Source: Candidatus Eiseniibacteriota bacterium (GTDB taxonomy: Bacteria > Eisenbacteria > RBG-16-71-46). Taken from it: a stretch of 48,850 nucleotides of DNA. Numbering within the stretch: position 1 is the stretch's first letter; each line of letters begins with the position of its first letter. A program made the translations under genes and the position numbers. A model generated the notes under the pieces. The model saw nothing but the letters and a program-made list of their open reading frames with translations. It was not told the DNA's origin and did no database searches. This document shows positions 31,101 through 38,978 of the stretch, in pieces. Where the stretch lies: the NCBI GenBank assembly GCA_041483195.1, contig JBGPFC010000031.1, positions 1 through 48,850 on the forward strand, written 5' to 3'.

Positions 31101-31452
31101 CCGAGGTGTAGTCCGGGGTAGCCGAACTCGAGTACGTGCCAGCACTGTTGACGAGCAGGAAGAACCCGTGCGCCGCGATGGACGAATTCGCCGGCAGAAT
31201 CGCGCGGTCGCTCCAGGTGGTGCCATTGGTCGCCGCCGAGTACTGGAGCTTCCAGCCGGAGATGTCGATCGCGTTGTCGGTGGGGTTGTAAAGCTCGACG
31301 AATTCATCCGTGGCGGACGACGGGCCGCGCGTGGCGAACTCGCTGATCACGACGTGATTCGCGACGGCTCCCGCGGGGGGAACCACGGCCAGCATCAGGG
31401 CTGGGATCGCGAGCATGGCGAGAGCGCTGGAAAGGCGTGGCAGGAAGCGCAT
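28132..31452 (-). CDS. Secreted multidomain PLD-superfamily protein (lamin-tail domain, OB-like, Fn3-like, two HKD motifs, T9SS-type C-terminal domain); probable nuclease or phospholipase
   Basis: VVISEF..DEFVELYNPT; HNKFFVID and HHKYCLFD; QNFPNP...ASGVYFYRL. Confidence 0.88.
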   Translation of the reverse strand: MRFLPRLSSALAMLAIPALMLAVVPPAGAVANHVVISEFATRGPSSATDEFVELYNPTDNAIDISGWKLQYSAATNGTTWSDRAILPANSSIAAHGFFLLVNSAGTYSSSATPDYTSGLWGSGQGMADNGHERMIDTSAVEVDKVGWGTAVNPEGSAAPNHGISANGNSVERKAISTSTADSLAAGGAHQLLGNGQDTNNNSADYVTQTHGRNPQNSSNPPEPTFVVGGNGTGRASIAPVSVYTSRSLDSLKIAFGQDSTYTLTNLSIIVPSDWTWSHDVGSVVLSGPGFASATPTIAGDTLFIASATLSTADSGSVTIANLTSPPTSGNSTFAVKTAVASGTLTQILVYPHVRVLELVPIVVVHVNDASGVAASPYAPGAEATVTGVVTANLSSVRTDLYLQDGTAGIDIFSFDLPPFSIQPGDSLTVTGSIAQFRGITELQPDFSLLVRHATGRPIPEPLVLTCAEVTATFHPDYTEPNEGRLIRIDGATYNSTTSTITDPSGTTNIFIPTSFPPVPSVFDVIGILKQFKPGTPAPGPPYTADYEIAPRDSTDIIAHPGPIILTTPYEDHILPTSVQLHWTTDVASSSIVRYGLTLALGDSAVDSTPVTVHAVTVTGLTPATVYDYSVGSEDVNGVNFAPARLFSTASPAQSSGQMNVYFNKSVNTSVAWLHAANGNQDLPARLVPRLDNAQRSIDAAIYSLSGTPGGTLATALINAKNRGVKVRVICEEDNKTGSGFTAISGGGIPLITDRFDATNNGLGLMHNKFFVIDGRGGAAESAWVWTGSWNPTDPGTNSDFQNSIEVQDLALANAYTLEFNEMWGSGTDTPNAAASRFGARKLDDTPHKFVIGGHDVESYFSPSDAPTSQIISRINAAQHSIGFQLLTLTRTDISAALVARHLASIKVRGDLDASSDAGSQYSYLLGNGVDIRLKTGASGLLHHKYCLFDAENPTWDAVTLTGSHNWSSAAENSNNENTLIIHDPDVTNQYLQEFAARYYQFGGSDSLLVGVEQIDTSVPRVLSLSQNFPNPVRGYTRIVYSIPSTQQVVLRLFDVQGRVVQTLVNQRQTPGRYGVDLTVRGMASGVYFYRLELGRLTQQRKMLLLR

Positions 31453-31543
31453 GGAAGCTCCGCTCGAGGGATGGGAAATGCATCCGGGTTGTTGATCGAG
31501 CGTATCACGCGAACCGGAGCCCGGACTAGCGCAGCCTCGCATG

Positions 31544-31804
31544 TTACCCGCGCGGGCCCCTGAACCTCAGCTTCCCGATCAACACCGCACACGCCAGCCC
31601 CAGGCTGACGGCGTTGGCGGCCACCAGCGGCGCCGAGTGGATGCGCATGCCGTAGACGATCCACAGGATCACGCCCGCCACCATGGTCAGGTACATCGCC
31701 AGCGAGATGTCTTCGGCCGAGCGCCTCCGCCAGATGCGGACCACCTGCGGCACGAGCGCGAAGGTGGTGCACCCCGCCGCGGCGAACCCGAGCGTCTCGG
31801 TCAT
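31544..31804 (-). CDS. SemiSWEET (PQ-loop) sugar transporter
   Basis: 86 aa; TTFALVPQV; SAEDIS; LWIVYG; PLVAAN. Confidence 0.9.
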   Translation of the reverse strand: MTETLGFAAAGCTTFALVPQVVRIWRRRSAEDISLAMYLTMVAGVILWIVYGMRIHSAPLVAANAVSLGLACAVLIGKLRFRGPRG

Positions 31805-31812
31805 CGCGGGCG

Positions 31813-31926
31813 TCACGCGCGCTCCCGCCCGGGCGCGCCCGCCGCCCGCGTGCGCAACATCTCGCACACGCCGCCTTCGCCGAGGCGCTCCTCGAGCCGG
31901 AAATGAGAGAGCCGTTCGCCGATCAT
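31813..31926 (-). pseudogene. Remnant of a Ser/Thr kinase N-terminus
   Basis: MIGERLSHFRLEERLGEGG resembles kinase subdomain I, then similarity ends and a stop follows. Confidence 0.5.
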
Positions 31927-32011
31927 GTCCATCCATTGGGTGCCATCGCAGACGCGGCACCGCTCCAATTCGCTGTGGCCGAGCGCCTTCGGGGGATGTG
32001 CGAAGCGGCGC

Positions 32012-32040
32012 TTGCGCGAATCGCCCGTTCCGCCGATACT
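32012..32040 (+). promoter_or_regulatory. Sigma70 promoter of csp copy 1
   Basis: TTGCGC-17 bp-GATACT, conserved in all three copies. Confidence 0.75.
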
Positions 32041-32046
32041 GCTCCC

Positions 32047-32234
32047 GTCTACCGGTTGCCGTCGATGTGCCGCGAAGCGCCTTCTGATGCCGCCAGGTTG
32101 ATCCGGCGGCATTTTTGTTGGCCGCGCGGCTCTCGCGAATCGGAGACATCGGTCAGAGTGACCGAATCGTGGCCGCCACGTTCAGGCGGAGTTACTGCAA
32201 CCCTCGGGTCGCAGGTTACGCAAGGAGCAGTTCA
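32047..32234 (+). ncRNA. Conserved structured 5' leader of csp copy 1 (5' end approximate)
   Basis: Four hairpins shared with copies 2 and 3, the first followed by a U-tract. Confidence 0.65.
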
Positions 32235-32435
32235 GTGGCTATCGGAACCGTGAAGTGGTTCAACGAGGCGAAGGGTTTCGGCTTCATCTCCCAGGAAGGT
32301 GGCGAGGACGTGTTCGTCCATTTCTCCACGATCCAGGGCGACGGCTTCAAGACTCTGGCCGAAGGCGAGAAGGTGGAATTCGACGTGACGCGTGGGCCGA
32401 AGGGTCTGCAGGCGGCGAACGTCCGCAAGGCCTAG
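32235..32435 (+). CDS. cspA: Cold-shock protein, copy 1
   Basis: AAGGAG RBS; GTG start; KWFN, KGFGFI (RNP1), DVFVHF (RNP2); 66 aa. Confidence 0.97.
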   Translation: MAIGTVKWFNEAKGFGFISQEGGEDVFVHFSTIQGDGFKTLAEGEKVEFDVTRGPKGLQAANVRKA

Positions 32436-32462
32436 GTCGTCTCGAGGAATCACCTCGCATCT

Positions 32463-32501
32463 AGAGGGCGGCGAGCTTCTGCTCCCGCCCTCTGTTGTTT
32501 T
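32463..32501 (+). terminator. Intrinsic terminator
   Basis: AGAGGGCGG...CCGCCCTCT stem followed by GTTGTTTT. Confidence 0.8.
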
Positions 32502-32550
32502 GGGGCCGCGCGACGGTCCGGACACCCGTCGCGCGGCCGCCTCACGTCCC

Positions 32551-33711
32551 CTACGGCTTGACCGTGAACGCCGCCGAGGCGCGCGTCGTGTCCCAGTCGA
32601 GGTTCAGCGTCCCGCCCTGCGCGTTCGGATCGATGCCGATCGTGAAACGCTCGACCGGGGTCGGCAGCGCGCTCACCGTCATGTCGATCGTGAAGAGATC
32701 CTTCGCCGCCTTGTGCTCGGTGCCCCACTGGCCGGTCTCGCCGTTGATGATGAGCTTCCAGTGGTTCGGCCCCGGGATGGTCCACAGCGTGTAGAAGCCC
32801 GCGGGCACCACCGTGCCGCCGAAGTCGAGCGTCTTGTCGGTCTTGAACTGCGTCGCCGCGTTCGCGCCGGTGCGCCACACCTCGCCGAACGGCTCGAGAC
32901 CGCCTAAGACCACGCGGCCGCGCTTGGCGGGCCGGCCGTAATCCACCCACAACGATGCGCCGCCGGCGTTGCCCGCGCGCACCGTATCGCGCGGCGAGAG
33001 CACGCCCAGGCCCGCGCCCGCCTGCTCGCGCGCCGCGAACAGGGCCGTCATCGCGTTCAGGTCGAGCGTCGCGACCCGCTCCGGACTGAACTTCGCGGTG
33101 CCCGAGATCGGGAGCACGCCGAGGATGTGGCCCGCCTTGTCCACCCGCGCGTGGAACACGTCCAGATGGCCGTTCGCAACCCCGATCGAATCGCGTCCCA
33201 GCTTGTGCAGGCTGAGCCAGTCGGCGTTCGGGAAGCCCACCATGTACATCGTCGTGCGCAGGCTGTCGCTCTTGCCCGCGATCAGCTTCATGAACAGCCC
33301 CTCGTAGCCCGCCCACGGGCTCGAGCCGGCCACCACCAGCGCGCCGGCCGGCATCGCGACATTCAGGTTCGTCGCCGGCGCGCTGCCGCTGTGGATCTGG
33401 AAGCGCATCGAGTCGCCGCCGAACGTTCCGTCGATGGTCTGCGTCGGGGTGGTGGCGCCCGGGGGCGTGACCACCATCGCGAAGTGGGAGATCGCGCCGT
33501 TCACGTAGTCGTACGTGAAGTGGCGCTGCAACACCCGGGGCGATCGGCCGACCTGGTCCACCTCGAGGCGCGAGGCCGTACGAACGTAGTGCTCGACACT
33601 GGTCGTGTCCGAGCCGAGCCGGACCACGAAGTTTCCGGAATCTTCGGCCGCCGCGGGGGCGGCGAGCGCGAGCGTGACGAGCGAAGCGAGGGCGAGGCGA
33701 TTGCACTTCAT
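32551..33711 (-). CDS. Exported DUF2911-domain protein
   Basis: Signal peptide; SPRDT..YGRPAKRGR..VWRTGANAAT..GQWG. Confidence 0.85.
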   Translation of the reverse strand: MKCNRLALASLVTLALAAPAAAEDSGNFVVRLGSDTTSVEHYVRTASRLEVDQVGRSPRVLQRHFTYDYVNGAISHFAMVVTPPGATTPTQTIDGTFGGDSMRFQIHSGSAPATNLNVAMPAGALVVAGSSPWAGYEGLFMKLIAGKSDSLRTTMYMVGFPNADWLSLHKLGRDSIGVANGHLDVFHARVDKAGHILGVLPISGTAKFSPERVATLDLNAMTALFAAREQAGAGLGVLSPRDTVRAGNAGGASLWVDYGRPAKRGRVVLGGLEPFGEVWRTGANAATQFKTDKTLDFGGTVVPAGFYTLWTIPGPNHWKLIINGETGQWGTEHKAAKDLFTIDMTVSALPTPVERFTIGIDPNAQGGTLNLDWDTTRASAAFTVKP

Positions 33712-33886
33712 GCGTGGCTCCTGGGTGGAGGACGGTTCGAGTCGGCCGCCGCGGATATTACTCCCACGGGTGCCCCCCCACGCCAGCCCCGCCCGAGTTT
33801 CGCGTTCTGAAATTTACAGGCGCCGATTCGATGCGGTAGTCTGAGGGCGTGCGCCCGGTCCGTCATGGACCACAGAGAATGGGGAG

Positions 33887-35047
33887 GTGCTCCTGGGTTC
33901 GAACACCTTCGGCATGCGGCTCGACGGAATCGCCGCCTATGCTCCCGACCAGGTCTGGAGCAACGGGCGCGTGGCTGCCCGCCTCCGCCTCGAGCGCATG
34001 CGCCTGCGCGAACGCAGGAGCCATGACGGTGCCGAACCGCTGACCGCGGAAGAGGCCAAGCTCTTCCAGAGCAGCGATCGCTGGGTGCGCCGATTCATCG
34101 GGTTCAACGAGCGACGCTTCGCCTGCGACGGAACGGGAACCATCGATCTCGCCACCCGCGCGGCGCGACAGCTGTTCGAGGGTTCCGGCCACTCCCCCGC
34201 CGACATCGACGGCATCATCGTGGGCAGCGTGACGCCCTCCTACCTCTACAGCCCACCGGACGCGGCGTTGCTCCAGGACGCGCTGGGCGTTCCGGTCTGG
34301 CAGGGAACGACGCCGCGCGAGATCAAGGGCGCAGACGTGTCGCTCGCGTGCAGCACCTGGGTCACCTCGCTGATGCTCTGCTACGCCCTGATCCGCTCCG
34401 GGATGGCGCGACGCATCCTCCTGATCGGCGCCGACCGGATGAGCGCCACCATCAACTGGCGGGACCGAAGCTTCGCGACCGTGCTGGGTGACGCCGGCAC
34501 CGCCACGCTGTGCACGGCGGTCGCGGAGGACGAAGACTGGTTCGCGCCATCGCGATTCTGGAGCTGGCTCGACGGCGGCCAGGCGGAGATGATCCGCACC
34601 CCGGTCGGAGGCTCGAGATTTCCCTCGCCGTCTCCCGAGGAGCTCGATGCCGGCAAGCACCGGCTCGCGATGGACGGCGCGGCGGTGCGCCAGGTGCTGG
34701 TTCCCTTCGTCGGCGGGCCTGCGATGGAAGCGGCGCTCGCCAAGGCGGCCTGGAATTTCGGCGACCTCGATGCCGCGGTGCTGCACGAGGCCAACCCGAT
34801 GCTCAACGAGTCCATCGTCCGCACCTGGCGCGAGCACGGATTCCGCGGCCGGGTGGTGACCGCCGGCGGCCGGTTCGGCAACACGACCAGCGCTTCCATT
34901 CCGCTCGCGCTGGCGTTGCATGCGTCGGAGCTGGCGATCGGCACGCGTCTCGGGATGGTCGGATTCGGCGGCGGGCTCTCCGCGAGCTTCGCGTTCGCCA
35001 CCGTTCGCCACGCGCTCAGGTCGTGGACGAACCTGGCCGAAGGCTGA
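33887..35047 (+). CDS. 3-oxoacyl-ACP synthase III (FabH-like) family protein
   Basis: Cys-His-Asn triad (LACS, LHEAN, FGNTTSASIP); GFGGGL; start uncertain. Confidence 0.88.
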   Translation: MLLGSNTFGMRLDGIAAYAPDQVWSNGRVAARLRLERMRLRERRSHDGAEPLTAEEAKLFQSSDRWVRRFIGFNERRFACDGTGTIDLATRAARQLFEGSGHSPADIDGIIVGSVTPSYLYSPPDAALLQDALGVPVWQGTTPREIKGADVSLACSTWVTSLMLCYALIRSGMARRILLIGADRMSATINWRDRSFATVLGDAGTATLCTAVAEDEDWFAPSRFWSWLDGGQAEMIRTPVGGSRFPSPSPEELDAGKHRLAMDGAAVRQVLVPFVGGPAMEAALAKAAWNFGDLDAAVLHEANPMLNESIVRTWREHGFRGRVVTAGGRFGNTTSASIPLALALHASELAIGTRLGMVGFGGGLSASFAFATVRHALRSWTNLAEG

Positions 35048-35128
35048 GGTCGAGCCGCCGCGCCGCGGCTCCAAGCCGCTGGCACCACGCGTTCTCGCTC
35101 GGAAACCGAGAAAATCTTCAGAATCCGC

Positions 35129-35157
35129 TTGCGCCAAACGCCGGTCCCGCCGATACT
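35129..35157 (+). promoter_or_regulatory. Sigma70 promoter of csp copy 2
   Basis: TTGCGC-17 bp-GATACT. Confidence 0.75.
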
Positions 35158-35163
35158 GCGTAT

Positions 35164-35350
35164 GTCTTCCGGTTGCCGTGGATGTGCTGCCAAGCGCCTT
35201 CAGATGCCGCCAGGTTGATCTGGCGGCTTTTTCGTTGGCCGGGCCACCTTCCCGATCGGAGACACCGGTCAGAGTGACCGAATCGTAGCCGCCACGTTGG
35301 GCGGAGAAACTGCGATCGCAAGGTCGCATGTCAATCGAAGGAGCAGCACA
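35164..35350 (+). ncRNA. Conserved structured 5' leader of csp copy 2 (5' end approximate)
   Basis: Same four hairpins; GCCGCCAG/CTGGCGGC stem plus TTTTT. Confidence 0.65.
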
Positions 35351-35551
35351 GTGGCTAGTGGAACCGTGAAGTGGTTCAACGAGGCGAAGGGTTTCGGCTT
35401 CATCTCTCAGGAAGGTGGCGAGGACGTGTTCGTCCATTTCTCCACCATCCAGGGTGACGGCTTCAAGACCCTGGCCGAAGGCGAGCGCGTCGAGTTCGAA
35501 GTGACCCGTGGGCCCAAGGGCCTGCAGACGTCGAGCGTCCGCAAGGCTTAG
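35351..35551 (+). CDS. cspA: Cold-shock protein, copy 2
   Basis: RNP1 and RNP2 motifs; 60/66 aa identical to copy 1 by manual count. Confidence 0.97.
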   Translation: MASGTVKWFNEAKGFGFISQEGGEDVFVHFSTIQGDGFKTLAEGERVEFEVTRGPKGLQTSSVRKA

Positions 35552-35578
35552 TTCGTCTCGGGGAAGCACTCGCATCGT

Positions 35579-35619
35579 GAGGGCGGCGAGCTTCGGCTCG
35601 CCGCCCTCTGTTGTTTTTT
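35579..35619 (+). terminator. Intrinsic terminator
   Basis: Perfect 13-bp stem, cUUCGg loop, then TGTTGTTTTTT. Confidence 0.9.
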
Positions 35620-35672
35620 CTCGAGCGATTGCTACGCTCGCCGGGTCCCTGGGTGGAACGGCGGAGCGAGCG

Positions 35673-36434
35673 ATGAAATTCCCGAGCACGAGAATTCCGG
35701 TGGCGGCGGGCCTGATGATCCTGCTGTGCGGGGCATCGAGCGCCCCGGCCCCGACGCTCGCCGCGCCTCCGATTCCGGCGAGCGCCGGTTCGACGCCCGA
35801 AGCCGGCGCCGCTCACGCGCCCGATCGGTTCTTCTACATGTTCATGGTCGGCTCGACGCGGTGGCCGGCCGTGCACGAGCTGGTCCCCGCCCCGGCGGCG
35901 TTCAGCCCGCGCTTCGGCGGCCGCTTCCAGCCATGGGGCTGGACCATCGAGCTGGCCTGGCAGCGCAGGGTGCGCGAGGCGCGCGGCACCGGCGTGTTCG
36001 TCGGAGGCGACTTCGGGAGCTTCGCGCACGGATCCGGATGGAGAAACGTCGGGGTCGACGCGTTCACCGGCAGGCCGGTTCGAGGCGAGATGTTCGCGAC
36101 CGCGGGTCACCTCACGCTGAGCGGGCGCATGGTGTGGCGCGAAGGGAAGGCCCTCACCCTCCATTGCGCATCCGGCGCCGGGCTCTACCTGGTTCGGATC
36201 AAGGACAACATCGAGGGGACTGGGATGACGGAGACCGGCAACCACGCCGCCTCCCCCGGCGGCTACGTCGGAGCCGGACTCGACCGGCTCGTGTGGCGCA
36301 GGGCCGGGATCGGCCTGCACATCGAGGGCCGCGTTCACGTCTTCGAGTTCGACGATCTGGGTCCGGGCTTCCCGGGCCAGCGGGCATCGGGTCCGCTCTA
36401 TCAGCTGGCGGGAGCGCTCTCGTTCTGGAGCTGA
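35673..36434 (+). CDS. Hypothetical exported protein, probable outer-membrane beta-barrel
   Basis: Signal-like N-terminus; alternating Gly/aromatic strands; aromatic C-terminus (ALSFWS). Confidence 0.6.
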   Translation: MKFPSTRIPVAAGLMILLCGASSAPAPTLAAPPIPASAGSTPEAGAAHAPDRFFYMFMVGSTRWPAVHELVPAPAAFSPRFGGRFQPWGWTIELAWQRRVREARGTGVFVGGDFGSFAHGSGWRNVGVDAFTGRPVRGEMFATAGHLTLSGRMVWREGKALTLHCASGAGLYLVRIKDNIEGTGMTETGNHAASPGGYVGAGLDRLVWRRAGIGLHIEGRVHVFEFDDLGPGFPGQRASGPLYQLAGALSFWS

Positions 36435-38053
36435 GGCGCGGCCCCGGCCTCGAGCACGCACACCAGCCCGCGAATGAGCTGGTCGCGCTCGCGGCGCAGG
36501 TCCGCTTCGGCCGCCGACACGCAGCGGAAGCCGTGGCCCTCGCAGAGCGCTGCGAGGTACGCACGCGCATGCCGGTAGCGTCCGGATGACGCCAGCACGA
36601 AGCGATCGACGGCGTCATCGCCGCTTTCGACCGTGAACGCGAAGAGCCCCCCCGTGCGCAATGCGCGGCGAACGGAGGCGAACAGCGGCGCCAGCTCGCC
36701 GAAGTAGCTCAGCACGTCGGCGGCCACCGCGATGTCGTAGCGGCCGGCCTCGGCGGCCGCCAGGAACTCGACGAGATCGCGCGCCTCGAGCGCGTCGTAG
36801 ACGCCAAGCGCCCGCGCCTTCTGCAGCATCTTCGGGGAGAGATCGACCCCCGTGAGCCGGCGCGAGAGCGGCTTGAGCCTCGCCCCCATCAGTCCGGTTC
36901 CGCAGCCCAGGTCCAGCACCTCGCAGGGCGCGCGGTCCCGCGGCCGGGCGCTCGCGAGCGCCGCCTCGAGCAGGTCCGGCGCCCGATACTCGAGCTGCTC
37001 GGTCAGGTGCCGGTCGAACTTGTCGGCGTACGCGTCGAACAGATCGCGAACGTAGCGGGCGGGCGGGCGTTCCGACTGGACGCCCCGGATCACGTTGACG
37101 AAGTGGCCGGCCGCGCCGTGGTCGGGATCGAGCACGAGCGCGCGCTCGAGGCACCGCAGGGCCTCCTCGTTCAGCCCCTGCCTGCTCAGCGCGATCCCCA
37201 GATTCGCGAGTACGTCCGCCGAATCCGGCCGCAGCTCGGCCGCGCGCCGCATGGCCCGCAGCGCGTCCTCCATCCGGCCGTCCTCCTGCAGCGTGAGGCC
37301 GAGATTGTTGAAGGCGTCGGCGCTCCGCGATCCGAGCGCGATCGCCCGCTCGAAGCAGGCCGCGGCCTCGGCGAGGCGTCCCACGCGATAGTGCACGTTC
37401 CCCATGTTGTAGTGCGCCTCGTGAAATTCCGGCGCGATCCCGGCGGCACCCTGAAATTCGGCCAGCGCGGCATCGAGCTCGCCCCGGTCGAAGTGCACGC
37501 TGCCGAGATTGAGGCGCGCCTCGGCGGAATCCGGGTCGAGCGACCGCGCCTGCCGCAACGCGTCTTCGGCTTCATCGAGTCGTCCGCACAACCTCAGGGC
37601 ATTGCCGAGACCGCTCCATGCGGGGGCCAGCGCGGGTTCGAGCCTCACGGCCTCGCGATAGGCATCCGCAGCTTCGGCACTCCTGCCCTGCCGCGTGAGC
37701 GCATCGCCGAGATTGCCGAAAGCTGTCGCGTAGTCCGGTTTCAGCGCCAGCGCGGCCCGGTAGCTCGCTTCCGCCTCCGCGCACCGGCCGAGCGATTCGA
37801 GCGCCAGGCCCAGGTTGCAATGCATCTGCGGATGCGATCTCAACGACAGCGCGCGCCCGATCAGCCGGAGCGCGCCCTCGAAGTCGCCGCTCTGGTACGC
37901 GACGGTGCCCAGCAGGTGGAGCGCATCGACGTTGTCGGCGTCCGCTTCGATCACCTTCTGATAGAGCTCGCGCGCGAGATCGAGCTGCCCCGCCTGCTGG
38001 TAGCGCATGGCGAGGTCCACCGCCTGCGGAAGCGTGAGGCTCGAGGAGTTCAT
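36401..38053 (-). CDS. TPR-repeat protein with class I SAM-dependent methyltransferase
   Basis: Multiple TPRs; LFDAYADKFD; VLDLGCGTG; GVDLSPKML; SGRYRH. Confidence 0.9.
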   Translation of the reverse strand: MNSSSLTLPQAVDLAMRYQQAGQLDLARELYQKVIEADADNVDALHLLGTVAYQSGDFEGALRLIGRALSLRSHPQMHCNLGLALESLGRCAEAEASYRAALALKPDYATAFGNLGDALTRQGRSAEAADAYREAVRLEPALAPAWSGLGNALRLCGRLDEAEDALRQARSLDPDSAEARLNLGSVHFDRGELDAALAEFQGAAGIAPEFHEAHYNMGNVHYRVGRLAEAAACFERAIALGSRSADAFNNLGLTLQEDGRMEDALRAMRRAAELRPDSADVLANLGIALSRQGLNEEALRCLERALVLDPDHGAAGHFVNVIRGVQSERPPARYVRDLFDAYADKFDRHLTEQLEYRAPDLLEAALASARPRDRAPCEVLDLGCGTGLMGARLKPLSRRLTGVDLSPKMLQKARALGVYDALEARDLVEFLAAAEAGRYDIAVAADVLSYFGELAPLFASVRRALRTGGLFAFTVESGDDAVDRFVLASSGRYRHARAYLAALCEGHGFRCVSAAEADLRRERDQLIRGLVCVLEAGAAPQLQNESAPAS

Positions 38054-38080
38054 GGGCGCCGGCGGGCCGCTTCGATCGGG

Positions 38081-38545
38081 CTACGCCCGTCCCTCGCGCA
38101 CCATGCCTTCGAGGATGCGCTCGATCTTGGTGGCCTGCGCCTCGAGGTGCAGCAGGATGGCTTCGATCTCCCGTTCGGCCTTGACGTTCACCTGGTAGTC
38201 CGATTCGGCGCGCGCCTCGGAGTGCCGGCTCTGGAGATTCTGGCCGACCATGATCAGCGGCATCAGGCAGATCTGGATCATGTTCGAGATGAACAGCCAC
38301 AGCACGAACGCCGGATAGGGATCGAAGCGCGACTGCCTGGGGCCGAGGGCGTTCCAGCCCAGCCACAACAGCGTCCAGGTGACGATGATGAGGAAGAAGC
38401 CCATCGATCCCACGTGATCGGTGATCCAGATCGCGACCCGTTCGAGGGGCCTGAGACGCTGCGCGTGGATCTCGTTCACGTTCCGCAACGGAGCGCGGAG
38501 CGCCTTGAGCTTCTCGAGTGAAGGCGGGTGCGGGATCTCGTCCAT
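38081..38545 (-). CDS. DUF1003 membrane protein
   Basis: VGSMGFF; FDPYP; PLIMVGQN; DYQVNVKAE. Confidence 0.88.
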   Translation of the reverse strand: MDEIPHPPSLEKLKALRAPLRNVNEIHAQRLRPLERVAIWITDHVGSMGFFLIIVTWTLLWLGWNALGPRQSRFDPYPAFVLWLFISNMIQICLMPLIMVGQNLQSRHSEARAESDYQVNVKAEREIEAILLHLEAQATKIERILEGMVREGRA

Positions 38546-38593
38546 GGCATCTTCCTTTCGGGGGGCGTGGCGAGGGCGTCCGGCGAACGACAG

Positions 38594-38953
38594 TTATTCG
38601 TTCGGCTCGGCGTTGCGCCTCGGCGCCTGCGGGATTCCGTAGAGGAGGATGGGCCGGAAGCCGTGCTCGCGCGCGTGGAGCTCGCCGATCCGCTGGACTC
38701 CGAACCGTCCCAGCTGCAGGGCGAGGTCGAAGCGCCCACAGCGTAGCGCGCGGCGCACCTGCCAGGCCACCGCATACTCGACGAACGTGATGCGATCCTC
38801 GGTGGTGACCTCCGCGAACTCGATGTCGCGGAGCCCCTCCTCCACCTCCGCCATCAGCCGATCGGGATCGAGCGCCTCCGCGTCCGACGGCTGGGCGTCC
38901 GAGCGCGGCCACGAGCGCCGAATGTGTCTGTCCCACAATGATGGAAGTCGCAT
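38594..38953 (-). CDS. Hypothetical protein
   Basis: Fills the gap between two same-strand genes with host-like codons; no motif recognised. Confidence 0.45.
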   Translation of the reverse strand: MRLPSLWDRHIRRSWPRSDAQPSDAEALDPDRLMAEVEEGLRDIEFAEVTTEDRITFVEYAVAWQVRRALRCGRFDLALQLGRFGVQRIGELHAREHGFRPILLYGIPQAPRRNAEPNE

Positions 38954-38978
38954 CGCCGGCGAGCCCCCGGATGGCGCG

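Noticed and set aside
32065..32253. Upstream [15 protein letters not shown]... in the csp leaders
   Set aside because: Copy 2 shifts frame and stops early, and there is no RBS; the conservation is better explained by RNA structure
32115..32435. N-terminally extended Csp proteins in the ORF track (also 35297 and 41263)
   Set aside because: AAGGAG plus GTG gives the canonical 66-aa protein in all three copies; the extensions are not conserved
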